Below, one piece after another: positions 34,401 to 47,018 of a stretch of 64,000 nt of DNA. The notes beneath the pieces were generated by a model that was not told where the DNA came from, searched no databases, and saw only the letters and a program-made list of their open reading frames with translations. This stretch comes from Schmidtea polychroa (Eukaryota): positions 14,138,001-14,202,000 of the forward strand of contig CM097885.1 in assembly GCA_044892525.1 (NCBI GenBank). Reading direction: 5' to 3'. Positions within the stretch are counted from its first letter, which is position 1. Each line of letters starts with the position of its first letter. The position numbers were made by a program, and so were the translations under genes.

Positions 34401-37400
34401 GAATAAATATTTGGCTAGGTGGATCGCAAACAATGGCGGATGGGAAAATTTGATACAAAAGGCTGAGAGCCCAAAAACCGAGACAGTGAGGAAAAAGGGA
34501 AAACTCGCATTTCCATGGTTGATGATTTCTGTTATTATGTTATTGGGAATAATAAACACGACGAATTCATTGGTGGCATACGACTGCTCCCAAACCGAAA
34601 TGGGAAGAGTATATTCGTTGGTAAACGTAGCAGAGTGTTCGGATGCATATCCAGTAAAATTAAAAGTGACAAATCCAGTAAAATATTATGTATATCAAGA
34701 ATCGGGATTTCGACGAGCAAAGGTGAGAGAGTGTACAGTGAAACGAACTACTTTTGTATTTTATTGTGGAAAATGGAGTCACTCATCGATGGTGAAAATG
34801 CAATCGATACCTAGACCGATAGAAATAATTCCAGAGAATTGTTTGGCAGCCTTTCAAACAGGACAGTTGAAAATCAATGCAGATATCAAACTACAAGCAA
34901 AGCTTAACCACAAAATCCGTGAGACTGTAACCGTGCGAGGGATAATAAAGTCGAATGGTGATTGCCAAGGAGAGCCATACAAAGTAGACGATGCTATAAT
35001 TGACAAAGCCGTGGTTGTGGAAGAGTACATGTCAGAATTAAGAGAATTTGATGGATCATTTGATGATGATACTGGTAAACTACAAACACATCCATTCTGC
35101 AACATGAAACAATCTAGCTGTCAGACAGGAGAATCAATCTTGGTGTACGATGTCGATACCAAAAAGTGCAATTTAGTGCAATTGAAGTCAATGAGTTTTA
35201 AAGAAATAACGGGAGAACAGATCAGGGAAAAGCCTGAGAAAATAAGAATGGATCCAGCAACGAGTACAACAACGAGAATCACACCTCTACGGATGAAAGA
35301 TACTCCAACAGTGTTAATGTCAACCTCGGAGGAAGATGGGATGCGATTCCTGAGAAAAGAAACTAAAACAAAGTGTGGACAAAGTGTCTATGAGACAAAT
35401 TATAAAGGTATATATGTATCTCAGAAGATGATTACAGAGGCCCAAACAAACATACATGCCGGAGATATTAAGTTGACAAATTACTTTAATAACAAAATAG
35501 ATTATTTATTTCACTTTGGTCAAAATACTGTTGAAAATGTGTACCGAGAAGTTATTATAAATGATTGCAATCTCAACAAAGAAATACTCCGAAATCGGAT
35601 GGCAATGGCTATAACCAATCCTAATTTGGTAGCACCAATGTTAATTGCAGAAAATGGAGTGTTCGCCAGAATTTTCGGTGAAGCACTATATAGCTATAAA
35701 TGTAAAGCGGTACCAGTTAAACTGACAAAGTATGACCAATGCACCAACGAGTTACCAGTGAATTTAAATGGAAAGTTGCGATTTATGGAGCCTGTAACAC
35801 GAATCTTACTGGAAGAGGACACGAAACCGAAAGTATTACAGTGCAATAGATTGTTAGCACCATTATACAGACTAACACCAGAATCTTGGATTGCATTACC
35901 AGATCATCGAGAAGTAAAGACACCGGAAAACTTAGAATTGACAGAATTACAATATCTGGTAAATTTTACGTCGTTAGAAAAATTGTCGCAAAGTGGAATT
36001 TACTCGAACGAAGACATTGAGGAAGCTCGCAGAAACTTGTTATTTCCATCAAAGAAAGAAAGAGTAATAATGGAAATGGTAGATACAATTCTCCCAAGCG
36101 GAAGTGGGAAGGTAAATTATGAGTATTTATTAACTCCAGATCATTACAAGAAAGCGACGTATAATACAATGAAAAAGATCTGGGGAAAGTTTATGTTCAT
36201 TGAACAAGCGTGTGCCGGATTGATTGGAATTTATGTAATATGTGTTGTAATCAAAGTAATAATATCGCAGGTCTTATCAACACACAGATTATACGCGATC
36301 ACAGGTTGGTCGTGGAAACTAGTAATTGGTTGCATACCATTATTGGCTAGATTCTTCATTACTCATCATCAATATCAGGAGTTGGAGATACTCAAGGCTC
36401 GAATATTAAAGAAGAAAAAGGTGAGCTACGCTAGTACTACCCCTTCAAGGGACGAGAACAATGACAATGACAACGAGGGTGATAGTGCACCGTTATATGT
36501 TGACAATCAAGAACTAAGTGGAATGAATAAAGAAGCGTTAAGAACCTATCAAATCTTAAAAGAGCCACTGTTGAATGCGAGTAGCGTAGACACGTTTACA
36601 AAACTGTGTATACCAAAATCATTTATGCAACCAGCACCAGTGTATCCAGTTGATCGATTACGAGAGATGAAACCAGTGGAAAATATCGCATTGCAATGTG
36701 AAGGAATGGTAGGAGAGAGAATTGAGCCTTCTAGCGCAGAGATCGAGAGAAAAAACATGTTAGGCTTACCATGCAACTACTCAATGATGACATTAACAAA
36801 AAGAGGAAAGCAACCCCGAATATTTATACAAATGAACAAACATAAAGTGGAAGCTTTAGTTGATTCGGGATCTAGTCACACAATAGTATCGGAAAATGTA
36901 TTAAACGCGAAGGAAAAAAGGCGAATAAAGCCTACCGACGAAATAGTGAGGTCATTATCAAAAAATGAATTAAACATAATTGGACAACTTAACGTCATAT
37001 TCCATATTGGAGATCGAATAATAGCGCACGATGCGCTCATAATGAAGGGAAGTCCAGTACGATGTCTGATCGGCATGGATCTATTAGAGCAGCTGGACGG
37101 AGTCTCACTTGATTTAAAGACAGGTAATTTGATAGCAGGAGAAACAGGAGAAATAATTCACAGGGCAGGTGAAGTGTTTGTGAATCAGACATTGACAATA
37201 CCACCACAATCGGAGATGGTATATTGTGCAAATACCATGAGTGTGGATAATGGTGATTTTATATTCGAACCAAATCAAACGCTAGTCGAAAAATATGATT
37301 TACCGATATGTGACGAAGTTGTCAAAGTGAAAAATCAGATAGTACCAGTCCATATAACGAATAGCAGTAAGAAACCGGTTCAGCTACACCCAAAAACAAA

Positions 37401-40400
37401 ATTGGGAAAATTATCAAAAATGTCTATTGAAACAAATTGCAAAATACCAAGAAACGTCAAAGTGTATAAGGAGCCTGAAGTGGTAAGCAATGATTTAAAT
37501 GAGATGCAGAAAAAGGAATTTACAAAACTGTTGAGAAAATACCGAGATATCTTTGCTAAACACGAATATGATTTAGGTTTAACCAATGTAATTGAGCATG
37601 AAATACCGTTATTAGACGAAACTCCAATAAAAATAAAGCCATACAGAATCCCCTACGTTCATCAAGACGAAAGCGATAGACAGATTACAGCAATGAAGGA
37701 ATTTGGAATAATTCGAGATAGCGCGTCGCCATTCTCCTCATCAATAGTGATAGTTAAGAAAAAGGATGGAGACTTACGATTTTGCGTAGATTATCGGAAG
37801 CTAAATCAAGTTACGAGGAAAGACACTTATCCAATTCCAGTACCCCAAGAAATGTTTGATCAAATGGGAGAAGCACGATATTTCACTGTTATTGATTTAA
37901 ACAAAGGGTACAATCAATTTAGAGTAAAAGAGGAAGATAGAGGAAAGACGGCGTTCTCGGATGGCAAAGGACTGTATGAGTTCAATGTGTTACCATTTGG
38001 ATTAACAGGAGCCCCAGCTACATTCCAACGAGGAATGAATTATGTGTTACGAGGAATTCGACATGCATTGGTATATATCGACGATATAATAATATTTTCA
38101 AATGATTTTGAAGAACACCTGAAGGATGTAGAAACTGTATTTAAACGGCTCAAAAGTGCAAAATTAAAAATCAAACCATCGAAATGTGAATGGGGCAAAG
38201 CAGAAGTGATTTATGTAGGACATATAATATCACGGCGAGGGTTACAAACTAATCCAGATAACATCAAAAAAGTGGAAGAGTACCCAGTACCAAAAGATGC
38301 CGATGAGGTTAGACAATTTTTAGGTTTGGCGAGCTATTACAGAAAATTTATAAAAGATTTCTCTCATATCGCACAACCATTGAATACGTTACTAAAGAAA
38401 AACAATAAATTTATTTGGGGACAAATGCAACAAAACGCTTTCAATACATTAAAAGAGAAATTAGTAACAACTCCTATATTAAGATGTCCAGATTTTACAA
38501 AACAATTTATCTTGATGACGGATGCAAGCAACGTTGCATTGGGTGCGGTATTGGGACAAAAATTTGAAGGTGAAAAGGACCATGTAATAGCATACGCAAG
38601 CAGATCATTGAGGCCTCACGAGAAAAACTACTCAACGATTGAAAAGGAAACGTTAGCGTTAGTGTATGGAATTACTACTTTTAGACAATATTTATTGGGC
38701 AGAAAATTTACTGTTTATACAGATCATAATCCATTACAGTGGTTAATGAAACACAGAGATTCAGCCAGTAAGTTAATACGATGGTCAATTGCCCTCCAAG
38801 AATACGACTTTGAGATTAAATACCGGACAGGTAAAGCTAACGCGAATGCAGATGCAATGTCGAGAATCCCAGAAAATAATAGTGAAGGGACACCTGAAAA
38901 AGTGGAAGGCACTAGATTCGCAGCAATCAAAGCTGTTAATGATATGTCTGAACTTCAAAATGATCAGGAAAACGATAGTGAATTAAAACAATTTATGGAA
39001 CAAGCGGTCAAAATAAGAAAAGAACAAGACTGGAAATGACTTACAGATGCAAACAGCAAATATGTAATTCATAATGGAATACTTAAATGTTGGAAAAATG
39101 GGGAAGCATTAATTATTATACCAGCCAAGCACAGAGATGCATTACTGATGCAGTATCATGATGGAGCGTTGGGAGGTCATTTGTCAACGCGCAAGACGCT
39201 ATCAAGATTAAAATTGAAATACTTTTGGCCGACAATGGAACAAGACGTGAAAAATTGGTGTAACAGTTGCAAAGTATGCATCACCCGCAGAAATACTGGT
39301 AAAAAGATTAAAGTACCATTAAAACCGATGCCAGTACCTGCAGCACCAATGGAGATGACGGCAATGGATATTCTGGGACCATTACCGGAAACAACAAAAG
39401 GAAACAAATACATTGTTGTTTTTTGTGACTACTTTACCAAATGGCCAGAAGCATACGCTATTCCAAACCAAAAAGCAGATACGATTGCTAGAATATTTGT
39501 GGAAAACATAATATTTCGCTATGGTACTCCAAAGAAATTGTTAACTGATCAAGGAAAGAACTTTCAAAGCGAGATGTTTAAATCAATCACAGACTTATTT
39601 GGAATTTGGAAATTGAATACGTCACCATATCATCCACAAACTGATGGATTGGTGGAACGATTTAATGGGACACTGATAAATATGATCTCATCATATGTGA
39701 ATCGAAAACAGAAAGATTGGGACGACTTCATAAAGCCGTGTCTGTTTGCCTACAGAAATGCAGTAAATCAAAGTACAGGAGAGACCCCTTTTTACTTGAT
39801 GTATTTAAGGAAAAATAATATGCCGATTGATCTCAAATTCCAACCACCAATTTCGCAATATATGGAGATACCCGATTATAAAGCATTGATGCAAGAAAGA
39901 ATGCAGTCAGTATGGACTAAATCCGGTTTGACAATAAAGCACAACCAAGAGAAATATAAAGAATCATACGATAAAAAAGCACATGCGCATGGCATAAAGA
40001 TTGGAGATCTAGTATATCTGAACAGACCGGAACCTCTCAAAGGTTTATCGCCTAAATTGCAAAGACCATTTAAAGGACCCTACAAAGTGTGCGACACCAC
40101 CGAAACCAATTTGAAGTTATTACCATTCAGGAGTAAAAAAGCTAACCCGATGATTGTGCATGCAAATCGATGTAAACTAGTGCCAGAGGAAGATGAATCT
40201 AGATACCCCTTAAGATCCAAGCAGAATAAAGTAACGGGTCAAACAAAATTGAAACAGAAATTCACGAAAAATCCAACACCAGTCAGCTACATCAATAAGA
40301 TATTATATGTAGCAATAATGCTGATGTTAGTAACAGTTGCGAGCGGCAAAAAGATTGATTTACCATATGCGGTAAACAAAATCCGAGGAATGGAGAAAAT

Positions 40401-41322
40401 ACATATATATTCCACTCTAACAAATATAGTATGGAGCTGTAAATGCGAGATCGCAGACCAAATAGAAATTATTAATTTACTAGACAATACGGCACCAGTG
40501 GTAGAACTGAATTATGATAAAGATATAGTTGCGGTACGAAAGTTAAAGCCAAATTACAAATACCAATGGCTGTTGAGACAGAACATGTCAATGTGGTACA
40601 CGCAAATTCCGATAGAAGTGCACACAAAAGAGATGCGAAACTTGATCGAGATAGAACCAGAGATAAACGGAATCAATATATATTGGAAGCCAGTGGACTT
40701 GGTGAAAGTGCGAATCACATTTCAAGGGTTAAATGTCGACACCCTTAACTCGCGAAAATCATTTATCCGCTACGAGAAATTGAAAATGAATCAAAATTAT
40801 TCAGTTAATGCGAACTACTACGAGAACATATGCCTCGAAAATGGAACGGTAGTGAGAAACCAATGGTCACGATTTAAGAGTGAGACCCAGTCTATCTATC
40901 TCAGAGACGAGTCAAATCGTATAACCCTGAGTGTTGGAAATGGACCGGTAACGATATATAGAAAATCAGGAAATGATGAAAGAGTTGTTATTATCTACAA
41001 ACAAAAAACCCTGACTATATTAGATGCCGGTAATCATTTTTTTACACTTTACACTTCTGATTTAGAGACGGCATGGGAATTAACAGTTAAATATCAGCGA
41101 TGGATAACCGATCCAGGCAGATGGCAAACAGTTTTCGTGGAAGTCAAGACAATCAATGAATCGAAACGAAAATCATATACAACCACATCACCTCTCCAAT
41201 TACCGACCCAAGAGACGACAAAACCTAACTCAAACAAACTAATGATGATAAATTCGGATTTGACAGTCAACTATTGTGAATATATTTTTTTCGTCCTCGA
41301 GAGAAAAAAAAATAATAGTTAA
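31456..41322 (+). pseudogene. Gag-Ubl-Ubl-Bcl2-like-Env-Pol polyprotein broken by CGA>TGA at 39037-39039 and lacking the final TM
   Basis: ORFs 31417..39039 and 39148..41322 are in one frame; Gag motifs FPLYLKGAAREAW, QGPDESVSEF, DQFITGV; three CX2CX4HX4C knuckles at 32218-32493; copy 1 has CGA at the stop position. Confidence 0.93.
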
Positions 41323-41713
41323 ATAATTATAAGTAAATTAACAAATAATCAAATGAATAAACAAATTGATATAAATAAATAAGTAAAAAAGTGATAAATT
41401 AAATGAATGAATAATAGATAAAAATGAACAAAGTTAAACGAGCAAATAGAATAACTCAAATAAATGTTGCAAATAATGAAATGACTACCTTAAATGAGCA
41501 TTAGAAATAAATAATATGACTGATTAGTAATTAATGAATTAGCATAGCTATATAGCAATGGGTAACCCACTGGGCGAGAGGACAAAATTATAAACAAGTA
41601 AGGAATAATTTCACATTAGTAGTAACAAAGACTAATCGCGAAGAGGGACACAATTACCCCACCCTTTCTAGCATAATTAAAAACAAAGGTATGCTGAACA
41701 TTTATTCAAAGTT

Positions 41714-42015
41714 TTATTCGTCATCAGAGTCCAACAGAACGGGACTTTGGATGCCACAATCCCATTCCCTGCGTACATTGCAAGGCGGGCGTCTTTCAAA
41801 CCTACTGCCTGTATCCACACAGGCAAAGGTACGTTTCAATCCCTTTCGACGCGGTGGTAAAGGGACCCTGAAAAAGAAATTAAAAACCTGTTAGATGGCA
41901 GTTAAATAACCATTGCATAACATCGAGATGTTCAAACTTAGGTTCTGGCACAGCCTAAAATAGTAAGGGTTGAAAAGAAAAAATGAAATAAATACTATGT
42001 AAAACTCCGTACCAT
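41714..42015 (-). CDS. Second copy of the predicted 66-aa spliced antisense gene
   Basis: Same sequence as 26201-26502 (offset 15513); upstream region cut at 42084. Confidence 0.5.
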
Positions 42016-42085
42016 GGCGCCCTCGACAAATAATTAGTGCAGGGAAGTAATTGATTTTAAGAATTACGTAATAAATTAATAAGTT

Positions 42086-45000
42086 AATAATTCACAGGGC
42101 AGGTGAAGTGTTTGTGAATCAGACATTGACAATACCACCACAATCGGAGATGGTATATTGTGCAAATACCATGAGTGTGGATAATGGTGATTTTATATTC
42201 GAACCAAATCAAACGCTAGTCGAAAAATATGATTTACCGATATGTGACGAAGTTGTCAAAGTGAAAAATCAGATAGTACCAGTCCATATAACGAATAGCA
42301 GTAAGAAACCGGTTCAGCTACACCCAAAAACAAAATTGGGAAAATTATCAAAAATGTCTATTGAAACAAATTGCAAAATACCAAGAAACGTCAAAGTGTA
42401 TAAGGAGCCTGAAGTGGTAAGCAATGATTTAAATGAGATGCAGAAAAAGGAATTTACAAAACTGTTGAGAAAATACCGAGATATCTTTGCTAAACACGAA
42501 TATGATTTAGGTTTAACCAATGTAATTGAGCATGAAATACCGTTATTAGACGAAACTCCAATAAAAATAAAGCCATACAGAATCCCCTACGTTCATCAAG
42601 ACGAAAGCGATAGACAGATTACAGCAATGAAGGAATTTGGAATAATTCGAGATAGCGCGTCGCCATTCTCCTCATCAATAGTGATAGTTAAGAAAAAGGA
42701 TGGAGACTTACGATTTTGCGTAGATTATCGGAAGCTAAATCAAGTTACGAGGAAAGACACTTATCCAATTCCAGTACCCCAAGAAATGTTTGATCAAATG
42801 GGAGAAGCACGATATTTCACTGTTATTGATTTAAACAAAGGGTACAATCAATTTAGAGTAAAAGAGGAAGATAGAGGAAAGACGGCGTTCTCGGATGGCA
42901 AAGGACTGTATGAGTTCAATGTGTTACCATTTGGATTAACAGGAGCCCCAGCTACATTCCAACGAGGAATGAATTATGTGTTACGAGGAATTCGACATGC
43001 ATTGGTATATATCGACGATATAATAATATTTTCAAATGATTTTGAAGAACACCTGAAGGATGTAGAAACTGTATTTAAACGGCTCAAAAGTGCAAAATTA
43101 AAAATCAAACCATCGAAATGTGAATGGGGCAAAGCAGAAGTGATTTATGTAGGACATATAATATCACGGCGAGGGTTACAAACTAATCCAGATAACATCA
43201 AAAAAGTGGAAGAGTACCCAGTACCAAAAGATGCCGATGAGGTTAGACAATTTTTAGGTTTGGCGAGCTATTACAGAAAATTTATAAAAGATTTCTCTCA
43301 TATCGCACAACCATTGAATACGTTACTAAAGAAAAACAATAAATTTATTTGGGGACAAATGCAACAAAACGCTTTCAATACATTAAAAGAGAAATTAGTA
43401 ACAACTCCTATATTAAGATGTCCAGATTTTACAAAACAATTTATCTTGATGACGGATGCAAGCAACGTTGCATTGGGTGCGGTATTGGGACAAAAATTTG
43501 AAGGTGAAAAGGACCATGTAATAGCATACGCAAGCAGATCATTGAGGCCTCACGAGAAAAACTACTCAACGATTGAAAAGGAAACGTTAGCGTTAGTGTA
43601 TGGAATTACTACTTTTAGACAATATTTATTGGGCAGAAAATTTACTGTTTATACAGATCATAATCCATTACAGTGGTTAATGAAACACAGAGATTCAGCC
43701 AGTAAGTTAATACGATGGTCAATTGCCCTCCAAGAATACGACTTTGAGATTAAATACCGGACAGGTAAAGCTAACGCGAATGCAGATGCAATGTCGAGAA
43801 TCCCAGAAAATAATAGTGAAGGGACACCTGAAAAAGTGGAAGGCACTAGATTCGCAGCAATCAAAGCTGTTAATGATATGTCTGAACTTCAAAATGATCA
43901 GGAAAACGATAGTGAATTAAAACAATTTATGGAACAAGCGGTCAAAATAAGAAAAGAACAAGACTGGAAATGACTTACAGATGCAAACAGCAAATATGTA
44001 ATTCATAATGGAATACTTAAATGTTGGAAAAATGGGGAAGCATTAATTATTATACCAGCCAAGCACAGAGATGCATTACTGATGCAGTATCATGATGGAG
44101 CGTTGGGAGGTCATTTGTCAACGCGCAAGACGCTATCAAGATTAAAATTGAAATACTTTTGGCCGACAATGGAACAAGACGTGAAAAATTGGTGTAACAG
44201 TTGCAAAGTATGCATCACCCGCAGAAATACTGGTAAAAAGATTAAAGTACCATTAAAACCGATGCCAGTACCTGCAGCACCAATGGAGATGACGGCAATG
44301 GATATTCTGGGACCATTACCGGAAACAACAAAAGGAAACAAATACATTGTTGTTTTTTGTGACTACTTTACCAAATGGCCAGAAGCATACGCTATTCCAA
44401 ACCAAAAAGCAGATACGATTGCTAGAATATTTGTGGAAAACATAATATTTCGCTATGGTACTCCAAAGAAATTGTTAACTGATCAAGGAAAGAACTTTCA
44501 AAGCGAGATGTTTAAATCAATCACAGACTTATTTGGAATTTGGAAATTGAATACGTCACCATATCATCCACAAACTGATGGATTGGTGGAACGATTTAAT
44601 GGGACACTGATAAATATGATCTCATCATATGTGAATCGAAAACAGAAAGATTGGGACGACTTCATAAAGCCGTGTCTGTTTGCCTACAGAAATGCAGTAA
44701 ATCAAAGTACAGGAGAGACCCCTTTTTACTTGATGTATTTAAGGAAAAATAATATGCCGATTGATCTCAAATTCCAACCACCAATTTCGCAATATATGGA
44801 GATACCCGATTATAAAGCATTGATGCAAGAAAGAATGCAGTCAGTATGGACTAAATCCGGTTTGACAATAAAGCACAACCAAGAGAAATATAAAGAATCA
44901 TACGATAAAAAAGCACATGCGCATGGCATAAAGATTGGAGATCTAGTATATCTGAACAGACCGGAACCTCTCAAAGGTTTATCGCCTAAATTGCAAAGAC

Positions 45001-47018
45001 CATTTAAAGGACCCTACAAAGTGTGCGACACCACCGAAACCAATTTGAAGTTATTACCATTCAGGAGTAAAAAAGCTAACCCGATGATTGTGCATGCAAA
45101 TCGATGTAAACTAGTGCCAGAGGAAGATGAATCTAGATACCCCTTAAGATCCAAGCAGAATAAAGTAACGGGTCAAACAAAATTGAAACAGAAATTCACG
45201 AAAAATCCAACACCAGTCAGCTACATCAATAAGATATTATATGTAGCAATAATGCTGATGTTAGTAACAGTTGCGAGCGGCAAAAAGATTGATTTACCAT
45301 ATGCGGTAAACAAAATCCGAGGAATGGAGAAAATACATATATATTCCACTCTAACAAATATAGTATGGAGCTGTAAATGCGAGATCGCAGACCAAATAGA
45401 AATTATTAATTTACTAGACAATACGGCACCAGTGGTAGAACTGAATTATGATAAAGATATAGTTGCGGTACGAAAGTTAAAGCCAAATTACAAATACCAA
45501 TGGCTGTTGAGACAGAACATGTCAATGTGGTACACGCAAATTCCGATAGAAGTGCACACAAAAGAGATGCGAAACTTGATCGAGATAGAACCAGAGATAA
45601 ACGGAATCAATATATATTGGAAGCCAGTGGACTTGGTGAAAGTGCGAATCACATTTCAAGGGTTAAATGTCGACACCCTTAACTCGCGAAAATCATTTAT
45701 CCGCTACGAGAAATTGAAAATGAATCAAAATTATTCAGTTAATGCGAACTACTACGAGAACATATGCCTCGAAAATGGAACGGTAGTGAGAAACCAATGG
45801 TCACGATTTAAGAGTGAGACCCAGTCTATCTATCTCAGAGACGAGTCAAATCGTATAACCCTGAGTGTTGGAAATGGACCGGTAACGATATATAGAAAAT
45901 CAGGAAATGATGAAAGAGTTGTTATTATCTACAAACAAAAAACCCTGACTATATTAGATGCCGGTAATCATTTTTTTACACTTTACACTTCTGATTTAGA
46001 GACGGCATGGGAATTAACAGTTAAATATCAGCGATGGATAACCGATCCAGGCAGATGGCAAACAGTTTTCGTGGAAGTCAAGACAATCAATGAATCGAAA
46101 CGAAAATCATATACAACCACATCACCTCTCCAATTACCGACCCAAGAGACGACAAAACCTAACTCAAACAAACTAATGATGATAAATTCGGATTTGACAG
46201 TCAACTATTGTGAATATATTTTTTTCGTCCTCGAGAGAAAAAAAAATAATAGTTAAATAATTATAAGTAAATTAACAAATAATCAAATGAATAAACAAAT
46301 TGATATAAATAAATAAGTAAAAAAGTGATAAATTAAATGAATGAATAATAGATAAAAATGAACAAAGTTAAACGAGCAAATAGAATAACTCAAATAAATG
46401 TTGCAAATAATGAAATGACTACCTTAAATGAGCATTAGAAATAAATAATATGACTGATTAGTAATTAATGAATTAGCATAGCTATATAGCAATGGGTAAC
46501 CCACTGGGCGAGAGGACAAAATTATAAACAAGTAAGGAATAATTTCACATTAGTAGTAACAAAGACTAATCGCGAAGAGGGACACAATTACCCCACCCTT
46601 TCTAGCATAATTAAAAACAAAGGTATGCTGAACATTTATTCAAAGTTTTATTCGTCATCAGAGTCCAACAGAACGGGACTTTGGATGCCACAATCCCATT
46701 CCCTGCGTACATTGCAAGGCGGGCGTCTTTCAAACCTACTGCCTGTATCCACACAGGCAAAGGTACGTTTCAATCCCTTTCGACGCGGTGGTAAAGGGAC
46801 CCTGAAAAAGAAATTAAAAACCTGTTAGATGGCAGTTAAATAACCATTGCATAACATCGAGATGTTCAAACTTAGGTTCTGGCACAGCCTAAAATAGTAA
46901 GGGTTGAAAAGAAAAAATGAAATAAATACTATGTAAAACTCCGTACCATGGCGCCCTCGACAAATAATTAGTGCAGGGAAGTAATTGATTTTAAGAATTA
47001 CGTAATAAATTAATAAGT
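42086..47018 (+). repeat. Tandem duplicate of 37152-42084 (RT-RH-IN-ectodomain and start of 3' region)
   Basis: Constant offset 4934; same TGA (43971-43973) and same private variants; junction AATAAGT-T-AATAATTCAC. Confidence 0.95.
46648..46949 (-). CDS. Third copy of the predicted 66-aa spliced antisense gene
   Basis: Same sequence as 26201-26502 (offset 20447). Confidence 0.55.

Noticed and set aside
39037..39039. In-frame TGA as programmed readthrough or selenocysteine, given the nearby tRNA-Sec and UGA-C context
   Set aside because: Copy 1 has CGA (Arg) here, so a simple C>T nonsense mutation explains it; no SECIS recognised
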